A stretch of DNA of 64,000 nucleotides from Octopus sinensis (lineage: Eukaryota), in assembly GCF_006345805.1 (NCBI RefSeq), contig NC_042997.1, positions 148,304,001 to 148,368,000 on the forward strand, given 5' to 3'. The notes beneath the pieces are model-generated. The model saw only the letters and a list, made by a program, of their open reading frames with translations, searched no databases and was not told the origin of the DNA. Every line of letters starts with the position of its first letter. The first letter of the stretch is position 1. Positions 40,751 to 53,577 of this stretch are shown one piece after another. Position numbers and translations under genes: made by a program.

Positions 40751-43566
40751 CTGATATACTTATATATATATATATACTACTAATATAGGATGAAGTTTTT
40801 TACGGAAACAAAAATTCCATCAAAAAATGCGGCAGCATATTAAAATACCTTTACGGTTAAAATTATAAACAACTTATAAAATAAGAGCTAAAGAAAATTA
40901 TTTCAATGCCAATACTCTGATAACAGACTTTTAAATCGTCAATTTCCACATATTATTTACTCGCTACAGAAAAAAACACGAAGAACTGAAATCGGGGAAA
41001 GCCGGCAGATTGAATTTTTTTTTAAAAGTTCGTTATTTCTATATTTAATCAATTTCGGAATTAATCTCATAACAGATTCTTTCCTCTTCAGTAGAACATA
41101 CGAAAGAATATAAATAAGATACTTACATGCGCCCATGGAAAAATGCCGAAGCAAAAATCATGAGTACATATAAGTACCCCAGATATATCTAAAAATAAAA
41201 TTCTTTGGTTAGCCTCAGCACAACGTGTTGGCTGTTCTCCACTACAGGTTATAGTGGCTACCAGTCCCTATAGCGAGTAGTAATAAGTCTACTACCAATA
41301 TAAGATGAAGATTTTATACAGAAAAAAAATCCATCAAAAAATGTGACAGCATATTAAAATAACTTTACGGTTAAAATTATAAACAACTTCACTAAAAATA
41401 CAAATACATGCACATCTGCTATTATAAAGCATGAGATTTTTAGATGCAGTACTCGGAGCTTACAAGGAAGAAACGACTATGAAGTTATATGACTTTCAAT
41501 CGGTAATCAGCCGGCAATAGTTGCACACAACAGGATGTCAACGGTGGCACTAACAATTATTATCAAATTCATGAGTATGTATGAGATTTCTATATCTAAC
41601 TAACTGTTCTGTAATTTATTTTACCTTTCATCGTCTCGAAGAGACCACTCAAGCGACTCACATGAATATTGCTTTCATTTTTAAATATCGAGAGCATATC
41701 ACCAGTAAATTAATCTTTATACTGAAAAACTTATGAAAAATCTCAAATGTCAAATATAGAGTCTCACAATGTGTAACGATCTTCACATGCCAGCCAGGCA
41801 TCTGTCATCGTCATCAAAGCTGCATCACAAGTGACAAGACCCTTCTCAGAAGAAGATTATTATAGAAACCTGGCAGATATTTTTCACGTATTAAATATCG
41901 ATGACCTATCCTGTAAGACTGACAACTGTAGTAGTTTCCAGGGCATTTACGTCTGCTCTTAGACCAAAGAACTTGAAATTGGTAATATTCTGTTTGAAGA
42001 GTTGCAAGTTAACAGAAGCACCAACTATATATTTACGGATTCAAAAGAGATGGTTATGTGTGAGGAAACAACTGGTCATATTGGTTGGCACGGTTTAGAC
42101 TGTTTTCAAATGATAAGTCTGGCGAGCGATGACGTGACCAGTTCATCGGAGATTGTTTTTGCTGATGAATTGATAAATATGTTAAATTGAGTAGTGCATT
42201 AGTTATTTGAACTCGCAAGGCTGAATGGCTAAGTTTGAACTAAGAGCGTAAAGCGTCAGAATAAATACCTCCAGGTAATATTTCTGATGTTCTAACGATT
42301 CTGCGGAATATCATTCTAATCGATGATGTGTATTTTAGATACGTTTTATTTTGCATATTTGATGGTAAACCTTTTATCAGCTTAGAATTTTATGCAGACA
42401 TTTATCTATATTTAAAATGTAACCCTAAATGCATCTGATAAGAGAGACACAAACTTTAGCACTAAAATTGTTTTGAAAACAGTCATTAAAATTCAAGTTT
42501 CTGAATACTGAATAAATACATAACACAAGATAATTAACATCGTATTTTAAAATTTGCTTTTTGCATTTGGCAGAATATTACTTTGACTGCAACATCCGCC
42601 CATGAGAATTGCTAAGTGAGAGATGAGAGAAAATTTGCTATATTATTTATATGCCATGCATAAGAGGTCATTGAACTAAATCTATATATTAGAGAAAAAT
42701 TATAGTTCTGTCGGCTTTCGTTTCTTTATATCATGAGTCATTAAATAAAAAAAGGAAAAGAAAATAAGCTTTGACTTCACATTTTCTGGGAGCAATAGAA
42801 CAAACTTCAAGTCAAATAGTGCAAACTTTGTGATATGCTGAAACTTAATTTTGTGTTTAGCCTTGATCTGATGAGGTAACGTAATATTCATATCTTAAAA
42901 ATATACGGTGTGATTTGGAATATTTTCACGCCGAAAAAATTATTTTGCAGACTTCATTACCATACACTTATGCTCCAACTTCCAATCGAGCTCATGACTA
43001 AAACCTGTACTCTGGTATCCTACAGATACCAGAGTACTGGTTTTGATCTCGTAAATAATCACTGATACGGCTTCTGTAAGGCCTGATCTGTTAGAAAACT
43101 GGTTTTTTTTTCTGACGACCGGTAAGAATTTGCTCCACAGATATTTGTTGAACGCAATGTTACACGTTCCAATACCAGCAAAGATTGAAGTTGACTCTGG
43201 CATATGACACTCCTGGCGAAACTTCCCAAAACACAACATTCCTCACATATAACAGCTGTTATATGAAACAGCATCCTCAGAGAGATGACAACTGAATTCC
43301 ATAAGTTAAGCTTATACATACTTAAGCTTTTTGACCTTGGTGCGCTGTCTGCTCTACTGTCGTTTATATTAATACATATTAATACATACATAGTAATATA
43401 TATATATATATTTATATATATATATGCGTGTGTGTGTGTGTGTGTGTATGTATATATATATCAATAAATATATTAATATATATGTATATATGTATTTATA
43501 TCTATATATGTATTCATATATGTGTATATACATATATATACATACATATATATATATATGTGTGTG

Positions 43567-43619
<53 letters not shown>

Positions 43620-43646
43620 AAAAAGAGAGATTGATACACACACATA

Positions 43647-44460
43647 TGTAGTCTGATCAATAAGTATCAAGACTTGCTATAATAACGAAGCTAAAGCACA
43701 GAGAGTAAAGCCGCTTGGCACGGAATGACCATCAAAAATACTGTGCATGCACACAAAACTTTAACCCCCTTGCTCACTTCTGCTGTGAACAGCAGAAGTG
43801 AGCTAGAAAATGTTGAGCAGAAAATATGCATCAAATTTTGACAAAAGTTTGGTGATACCTGCTCAGAAGCCTACACAATGTTTTCAAAAAGTTTTCATTG
43901 TTCATACCACAATCAAGGACGTTTTGTGCAACTGAAATGCGAGTGACGTTATAGTCAGCTCGCAACAGTTTTGGTAAAAATTTTGCAGGCACGCTTATCA
44001 TACCCGTATCTCCTGTAATAATGTATAAAACTGAACCGTAACTAATCTGCACATCTGATAGCTCACTTATGATGACTCCTCGATTTTCCCTCACGGCTAC
44101 ACGCACATCTGCGATGTTTTTCTCAGTTCTGCTGGTTGCAGGTCTCTCAGAAAGTTCGTCAATATCGACATTTTGGGCCATACTGAAAACCTCTGAACCA
44201 TTTGTATAACTGTGTGCGGCTCATGCACTCCACTCCATACACGTCCAGTAACTTTCTAAGCATGTATCACCATATGAACTTTCTCTGTCATGACCAATAA
44301 CACACCTTTCTTCGAAGCGCTGCTGTACAGAGCAAAGTGAGCTATGACATTAAAACTTAGTGTGCATGCCCTGAAGGTTTCAAAGCCAATCTGTGTGAAG
44401 CTGCATTCTTTAGCGTCGTTACTATGGCCAATACTCCGGACACTTATTGATCAGACCTCG
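43647..44460. mobile_element. TA-flanked mariner derivative built from two oppositely oriented 5' ends
   Basis: TIRs tgtagtctgatcaataagt and acttattgatcagacctcg, TA on both sides; plus strand EQKICIKF*QKFGDTCSEAY; minus strand YGDTCLESY...VYGVECMSRTQLYKWF...ERPATSRTEKNIADVR...SVPAKFLPKLL...ENFLKT. Confidence 0.9.
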
Positions 44461-44502
44461 TATATATATGTATACATTCATATATATATATATATTTTTC
44501 CT

Positions 44503-44870
44503 CTCTAGTTTCAACTCAGAGCTACGGCCATGCTAATGCACCGCCGTTTTGCTACACTGTTGTTACTAAGAGCCTCCTCTAATATGTGGCACTTGGTGAA
44601 GAATGGAGATTGATATAGCTACCTTCATTTGCAACTCTTGCCGTAAGGTAGGTTAATCTGGAACTCTCGACAAGAAGAAGTCCAGCTTTGATTTAAAAAC
44701 CCCTACATCTACTTTGTGCAAGTTCCTCAGAGTATTTGGCAGAATATTAAAAAGCTGGGGCTCTTTGAAACCCAGGGTGTTGCAGTAACTGGCTCTGAAG
44801 CGTGATGGAATTGCTGGGATCTTTGGCATTATGCAGTGTCGTCCAGTTCTGGCATTAGTGTAGCTTTCAA
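44503..44870 (-). mobile_element. CR1-type LINE 3' end (ORF2 C-terminus and 3' tail)
   Basis: RTGRHCIMPKIP...NTLGFKEPQLFNILPNTLRNLHKVDVGVFKSKLDFFLSRVPD*P, then the tail GGCGGTGCATTAGCATGGCCGTAGCTCTGAGTTGAAACTAGA. Confidence 0.9.
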
Positions 44871-44974
44871 AGCGAAAGACATGATAGGTTTACATACACA
44901 TTTGCGTGCATATATATATATATATATTTATATGTGCGTGTGTGTATAAATGTTTTACATGCATGAATATATAC

Positions 44975-45083
<109 letters not shown>

Positions 45084-45163
45084 GTATATACGTATATATG
45101 CATACGTACATATAAATACATCTATACACACACACACACGCATACACACACACACATACACAA

Positions 45164-45201
<38 letters not shown>

Positions 45202-45666
45202 GCACGCAAATGTGTATGTAAACTTATCTCTCTTTTATTCATCAGATATGTATTGGTAGGAAAATAATTCCCATTTAATCAAATTATCAGCGTGTAAAAG
45301 TGAAATTATACAACCAGTATTTAATTTACATTAACTATTTCAAATAATCTTGATATGAGAAATTTTCTAAAATCAAATAAACATGAATGATTTCGGAACA
45401 TCTGGTTTTGCTAGCGTCGATGGAAGAAATCTCCGGTGAATAATTTTGGGAAATAAAGGATTACAATCTGTTGATAAAAGGTTACGTTCAAATAAATGTC
45501 AAAAGTTAACTTTATTACGTATAATTCAATATTTCCCTATTTCTGAAGAGATAATTTTATTGGAGTTTCTTTATTTTATAACAATTATTTAGATTTTCCT
45601 TTATATACGATTATGGTCTAAATACACATACACACACACACACATATATATATATACATGTACGTA

Positions 45667-45758
<92 letters not shown>

Positions 45759-45822
45759 AATATATATGCGTGTATGTATATGTACATTTATGCGTGTATA
45801 CATACATATGTATATATATATA

Positions 45823-45943
<121 letters not shown>

Positions 45944-47569
45944 ATATACTTATATCTATACATTATATATATATAACATAAATATACATAGAGACATATA
46001 AAATCTATACGTACATACATACATACACACATACATACATTCGTACATACGTGCATGCATACATATATGCGTATATAACCGTATGTGTTTGGGCGCGCCA
46101 CAAATATCAGCAATTTTCGAGCGTCATTTCTAAAATTATTTTTTTGTTTTGACCAATGTTTAGGAACGGAATATTAGATTGTAACGTTAGATGGCGACTA
46201 AGAATTTTATATTCTGGGGGAATGGAACAATTTCCTGTAAACAGACACTCAACTAACGAAGTTTCATTAAATAATTTGTGTTTGTGTCTTCTCCCTTATA
46301 GTGCCTTTTATATCCATTTGGAAACACGAAATTGATAAACTTCTATGAAGAAGAGAATATATATACATATACATAAACACACACACACACACACACACGC
46401 ACACACACACATATACATATGTATGTATATATAGATATCTGTATACCCATATATATATACATACATACAAGCACACACGAACACAAATTCCAATATACAA
46501 AAGAACATGGAGTTAAGGGCACTTTTCTCAACGCCAGGAATCTGATAAACATCAGGATTTTTGTAAATATTATTTGGATAGGCATATTTTAAACTAGGAA
46601 ATCTGGTTTGTACAAATTCTATTAAAGTTTACACTATTTTTATTCACTTCCCTTTTATAAAGTCTATGGAAAAAAAGCATATAGATAAGAAGCGGAGACT
46701 AAAATATTATTATTATGTCTAGAAAACATTACATTTCAATTTCTGCTATGTCAGTCAGATGGGAAAAAAATATGCAGGATTATGAGATTACACAGGCAAA
46801 ATATACTGTAGAAATAAACAAAAGAAGCAAAAACTAAAAAAACATCTACAAATATGAAGGAACACACACATTTATACATCATTGTAAACAAATATATGTA
46901 TTACATAATTATATATAAATCCTGCGTTTCTTTACAATTCAAGTAGTGTATGCATATATGTGTGTATGAGAGTATATATATAGGTATACATACATACATT
47001 CACACACACTCACACATATGTATGCATGTATGTATGCGCGTGCGTTCTTATGTTGGATTGCAAAAAAGTGTAGTGGTGCGATATTCCACTCGCCTGAGAA
47101 AGGTAAGGAGGTATTGCAACTACATGTGCTCATATATGTATTAACTAGCACACTAATATATGTGTACGTGTGTACATATATTACATACGTAATCACTAAT
47201 GCGTGAGTGTGACACATACGTAATAGAATCTAGAGAAAACGTTGTAGCAGCATTAAAGTAAATGAGTAGAATGACAGAGAGAAGAGAGAGGAGAGAAAGA
47301 GGGATGAGAGAGAGGTTATCCAGATGTAAAATTTCAACATAACCTTTAGACATTGGCTCTCGAAAGAGCCGACCACACTGAAATGCGTTTGTCGGCGTTT
47401 TCAAACCGGCGTAGGTACAAAATTTATTGTATTTCATACTGGTTCTCTTCACAACTTTTATTATCAGACGAAATAACCAATAACTTAAAATACTTAAATT
47501 TTTTACGATATCTAAACAATATCTATCAATCTATCCATGTATATGTATATATATGTATGTATGTATGTA

Positions 47570-47639
<70 letters not shown>

Positions 47640-47640
<1 letters not shown>

Positions 47641-47896
47641 TGTTGTAATTCTGTTCTGGTGCTTTATAATTTAACACACTCACCGGTAAGATTTCCACTT
47701 ATTTGTTTTTTTTTATTTTTCTAAAATTTTCGTTTTGTCTTGCAGCCTTTGCAAAAGTCGTTCAGCGTGTCCGTCACGACTATTGAAAAGGTTGCAAGGC
47801 GCAACAAAAATTTTAGACAAATAAAAAAAATGAGTGGACATTTTACCGGTGAGTGTGTTAAATTATAAGGCACCAAAAGAGAATGACTCTCCACAG
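47640..47896. mobile_element. MITE-like foldback element
   Basis: tggtgctttataatttaacacactcaccggtaagatttccact versus agtggacattttaccggtgagtgtgttaaattataaggcacca; imperfect IR continues inward to about 100 bp per arm. Confidence 0.8.
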
Positions 47897-47954
47897 ACAC
47901 AGCAGAATATGCTTCAACACATGAACTCACATAAAAAATCTTGCAAACCGAATC

Positions 47955-48027
<73 letters not shown>

Positions 48028-48064
48028 ATGTGTATGAATATATATATATGTATGTGCGTGTATG

Positions 48065-48265
48065 TTTGTGTGTCTGTGTTTGTCCCCCTAGCATTGCTTG
48101 ACAACCGATGCTGGTGTGTTTATGTCCCCCGTCACTTAGCGGTTCGGCAAAAGAGACCGATAGAATAAGTACTGGGCTTACAAAGAATAAGTCCCGGAGT
48201 CGAATTGCTCGACTAAAGGCGGTGCTCCAGCATGGCCGCAGTCAAAATGACTGAAACAAGTAAAA
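48065..48265 (+). mobile_element. 3' half of octopus-type SINE
   Basis: gcttgacaaccgatgctggtgtgttt...ggcggtgctccagcatggccgcagtcaaaatgactgaaacaagta. Confidence 0.9.
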
Positions 48266-48524
48266 AGAAAAAGAAAAAATATATATATATGTATATATAT
48301 ATATATGCATGTATATATATATAGCGTTCATAATCATTTTTCTATCGTGTTGGCTTAACATCCCTCACCGTTTGCTTTTACTGTTTTCTTCTCACTCTCC
48401 TGTTCTTGTTACCACTTTCACCCTCCGCAAAGTATCTCAAACTTTATTCAACTTGCTTTGCGGGAAGGATTGTTTCAATGAAATCGCGTATTGTCCTTGC
48501 CTTCGTAACGCGGAGTAGATGAAA

Positions 48525-49335
48525 CAGGGTCTCCCTTCCCTCTCACATCCATGACACCAACCATGCGCTTCGTTTGTTCAACTCTTTCTCTTTCCCTCTT
48601 GACCCCTCTAAACTTCTCTTCACTCTCGACATCCAGAGCCTTTTCACGGTGATCCATCATGACGAGGGGCTGCGTGCACTCCAACATTTCCTTGACCTTC
48701 GACCCAACCCCCAACCTGATATATCCACACTCGTTCGTCTGTCTGAACTTGTCTTCTCACTCAATTATTTCTCGTTTGCTGGTGATTTTTAGAGCAGTTC
48801 CTGGAAATGGCCATGGGAACTGGAATGGGCAAACGCGAAGTCGCTAGGCTGACCACTTCGCGGAAAAACTTCGAGACATACAACTCGGCAATGACACTTC
48901 GTTCTCGCACCATGTCCGCTCTATCGGTTACTCTTTGCAACACCCATCTGGAATTCCGTCTTCGCCGTTAACAAGGATTAATCTTCTCTCTTCACTCATT
49001 TGCGCCACATGGTCACAACTCTCCTCTACCTTTCATCTAACATTCCTACCCTCTCTTCTCTTCCTCACACACCAACTTACTCCCACCCACCCCACCTCTC
49101 TCTTGTTCCGACTCCTACTTCTTCTCGTCACTCCCACCCATATTCTCCCTTCCCGCCTCCCTTCATCGTCACCCCTCCCTCCTAACATCATCCCTACACA
49201 ATACAACCTACCTTCCCTATCCGTCCCATCCCACTCCATCCCTTACACTCACTCACACATGTCCCACCTCTACCCCGATCCTCAGCTTAACCCACACCCC
49301 GCCGTTGATTTCCCCACTTCGCCTCATCCACATTC
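48525..49335 (+). mobile_element. Penelope-like element body, internally deleted (RT motifs joined to GIY-YIG C-terminus)
   Basis: SHIHDTNHALRLFNSFSFPLDPSKLLFTLDIQSLFTVIHHDEGLRALQHFL...LVFSLNYFSFAGDF, MAMGTGMG, then RLADHFAEKLRDIQLGND-like segment and a C-rich 3' region homologous to 26320-26560. Confidence 0.88.
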
Positions 49336-49345
49336 CATATATATA

Positions 49346-49800
49346 TACAGGGATAATTCGCAAAAAACAAATGAGGAAGACAGGTGGTGTAGACAACAAA
49401 CAGATGTATTAGTTTAACGCTCGGGAAGTGAAAGTCTTTAGCGATTCGAGCCTACGCTCTTCCACAGAAAGGAACACAGAAAGAAACAGGGAGAGAAAAT
49501 AAAGAATGTGTAGTGGCAAGCGATCTATCATGGCGCATGCCGCACAGTGGGGTCACACAGGAGAGCTAGGAAGAAAGGCTGATAATAAAGTAGTGGTGAT
49601 CCCAAATAGAAGGTGCGCGTGCGTGTGTATAAAAGAGCATGTACGTGCATTTGGAAGAGGGCTCGTGACTTTGACGTGAGCGTGTGTGAATGTGTAGGTG
49701 TGGATGATGGTGTGTAGCTGGGATGTAAACAGTGCTAGAATCTGCGTGGTGGTGTGATGTGATGTGGTGTTGCGTGGTATGGTGGTGTGTGGTGTATATA
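49346..49800 (-). mobile_element. Penelope-like 3' terminal region, inverted relative to the adjacent body, with hammerhead-like motif (49435-49472)
   Basis: Reverse complement is collinear with 26600-27030; cttt-CTGTGGA-a-gagc-gtag-gctc-GAAT-CGCT-aaag. Confidence 0.85.
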
Positions 49801-50032
49801 TATATAAAATTCCGAGACAAAGAAGGAAAGAGAGAATTAGAACAGCAAATGAATTTGCGCTCATGTGTTTATATATGTATATACATTTATATATGTATAT
49901 ATATATATTTATGTATATATATACATAAATATATATATATAGATAGATAGATAGATAGATACATATATATATATATATAATATATATACCTATATACATA
50001 TATGTATGTGTATATATATATATATTTTTTTT

Positions 50033-50240
50033 TGTACTTGTTTCAGTCATTTGACTGCGGCCATGCTGGAGCACCGCCTTTAGAGTGGTGAAAGAGTACA
50101 GCAGGGATCACCACCTCCTGCCGGAGTCTCGTGGAGCTTTTAGGTGTTTTTTGCTCAATAAACACACACAACGCCCGGTCTGGGAATCGAAACCGCGATC
50201 CTCCGACCGCAAGTCCGCTGCCCTAACCACTAGGCCAATA
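50033..50240 (-). mobile_element. tRNA-derived SINE with the shared CR1-type tail
   Basis: Minus: tggcctagtggttagggcagcggacttgcggtcggaggatcgcggtttcgattccc (A and B boxes), ending ggcggtgctccagcatggccgcagtcaaatgactgaaacaagta. Confidence 0.9.
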
Positions 50241-50261
50241 CATATATATATGTATATATAC

Positions 50262-50321
<60 letters not shown>

Positions 50322-50322
<1 letters not shown>

Positions 50323-50432
50323 AATCGACGCTCAGGGAAAGAAAAAAGAGGGTCCAAAGTTTCGAGCCTTGCACTTCTTCCGAAATAGAGGAAAGTCCAA
50401 AGCAAAGGAAGACGGATGAAATAGATCGCTAA
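50322..50432 (-). mobile_element. Penelope-like terminal repeat fragment, decayed hammerhead-like motif
   Basis: Minus: ttt-CGGAAGA-a-gtgc-aag-gctc-GAAA-ctttgg...ccctgagcgtc; related to 7465-7645. Confidence 0.5.
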
Positions 50433-50503
50433 CTATTGTGAAATAATAACAGGGAATCCATATCAAAATACTCTTCAGAAAGATATATATGGCTAAAATA
50501 ATA

Positions 50504-50570
<67 letters not shown>

Positions 50571-50660
50571 ACAAGTCAAAAATAGAAAATGCTAAGATGA
50601 TTTTATAGTGAATCTTGTTTTTTCATATATATATCAACTCGTGTGTTCCTTTCCACCCTT

Positions 50661-50723
<63 letters not shown>

Positions 50724-50728
<5 letters not shown>

Positions 50729-51640
50729 TCAATATAGGGTGGCAAAAAATTTCGTAGAATTTTTTTGCCACCAGCGGCCTAGTGGGAAAAAATTAAATAG
50801 TCATAGACCATTTGTAAATTCAACAGCAAAATCAAGGAACGGCCATAATAGGCCATTCACCCACTAGAAATAACAGCCAAAGCTTCAACCGCAAGACAAC
50901 ATCAATTCCGCAAAACAGGAGAAAATTAAAAAAGCATTTACCCTGTAGTTCCTTATACGATGCACCGTTTCATCTATTGTTTAATGGTAAACTAACCTGA
51001 TTAAATTAAATCAAGCCAGTTTTCCATAGGCCGATAGATTCGTCAGTAAGAACAGCCAGATCGGAGCAGATATTTACACGAGGCACTTCTATCACTGTCT
51101 CGGCAATATCTGACCTAAAATTTTCAAATCATCGCACTCGCGCCAAATTTATCGGCAGCAAATATAAGCCGCCGATTCCATTACGGAATTAACCAGAAAA
51201 TTCATTATTAATCAATATAGGGTGGCAAAAAATTTCGTAGAATTTTTTTGTCACCAGCGGCCTAGTGGGAAAAAATTAAATAGTCATAGACCATTTGTAA
51301 ATTCAACAGCAAAATCAAGGAACGGCCATAATAGGCCATTCACCCACTAGAAATAACAGCCAAAGCTTCAACCGCAAGACAACATCAATTCCGCAAAACA
51401 GGAGAAAATTAAAAAAACATTTACCCTGTAGTTCCTTATACGATGCACCGTTTCATCTATTGTTTAATGGTAAACTAACCTGATTAAATTAAATCAAGCC
51501 AGTCTTCCATAGGCCGATAGATTCGCCAGTAAGAACAGCCAGATCGGAGCAGATATTTACACGAGGCACTTCTATCACTGTCTCGGCAATATCTGACCTA
51601 AAATTTTCAAATCATCGCACTCGCGCCAAATTTATCGGCA
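50724..51640 (+). repeat. Near-identical tandem duplication, period 483 bp
   Basis: aatatagggtggcaaaaaatttcg starts at 50731 and at 51214; only a few differences seen. Confidence 0.95.
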
Positions 51641-52379
51641 GATAAATTTGGCGCGAGTGCGATGATTTGAAAATTGAAAGTATTCAAAATCTTATAATGC
51701 AAACAAGCGTGTTTCTTTTCGGCTGTACAGTCATTATTGTTTGAACTGTTATAATATGATTATAACGACACACACACACACGACAAAAACTCAAACATAT
51801 ACACACCGTAATGGATGGGTGTTTTGTTGGGTACTTCCACATGCATGAATAAGATAGTGAAGGTATATATGCATTATATTAATACTCTGCATTCTATCAT
51901 ACCAATCAAACTAAATGCATTAATCACGTTCTCTTTAGATCGAGAGGTTGAAAATTACTTTGAAGGAACAGTTATTTAAAAATTTAAAATAATTTTTTGA
52001 ATTTCCTCATCTCCTAACTAAAGACCTTAAGTAGTTGGATAATGTTCAACTCGTCGTATTTATTTTATGCTTATATATATATCAAGAAAAAAAGTATGCA
52101 TAGACGCATGTGTATAGTATTTCAAGTAGATAAGATTGATTAAAATATATATATTTTTTATTTTCGTTATTGTAGTTTTCCTCAAGCATGTTTCTATTTT
52201 GGTAATTATTTGTTGTCACATCGGATTTAAATTTACTTACTATGATTTACTCATTAATATATTTTCATATAATTTAGTATACGCAATATATATATATGCG
52301 TGTGTGTATGTGTGCGTGTTTGTGTGTGGTGTATGTTTGTGTACACCTAAATATACACACACAAATATATGTATTTATG

Positions 52380-52412
<33 letters not shown>

Positions 52413-53169
52413 ATGTGTATGTGTGAATGTGTGTGTGTGTTGAAAGAAGGGATGAAAACGATCAAGGTGTCCATAAAATGTAATCAATCGTAATCAAAAG
52501 TAGATCCACTCAATTCATAACCAGTAATTAGTTTCAGTATAGAAGACCTTGACAAATAGGCAAGAACGATAACTTTATTCGATTGATCGAACAACTTTCA
52601 GAGATGTAGTTACATCAAATAGATATATTATACTTTGATTTTCTAATAGGATGAACTACTAAGAAATAAATTTAAATATTGGAAATGATAAAAGCTTTTA
52701 TTTATTTACGTGATTTTTATCTCTGAATTTGTTTCAGAGTACTTTCGTTTGAAGATACATAATTATTCTAAAATAACTTAGAATAGATGCACGCTGCAAA
52801 TAAATCGATATTTTTAATTTCAATATAAATATGATATTAAAATGTGTCATTTTACATAATGCCTAAGTTTTAACGAATGGTGTCAATGATTTGCATCATG
52901 ATTTGGTTAATGATTTATATATACTTAGTAACCAATTGATACACACAAAAGTTGATCATCGATAATTTATAGAAATTAGTTCTCAATGAGAGCATACATT
53001 CATTCACAACTAATTCCATGCATATAAATATGCACGCATACTTACACACACATAAACACACACACACACACACACACAGCCACACCTCACCCTCACCCAA
53101 AATTAGAATTATTCTTATGATGAGCTGGCTGAACCATTGGTAGATCACACAAAATACTTAGCAGTATTT

Positions 53170-53577
<408 letters not shown>

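Noticed and set aside
51020-51055. Minus-strand CTGACGA...GAAA in the 483-bp unit
   Set aside because: Stems do not pair and both core motifs are altered in the second copy.
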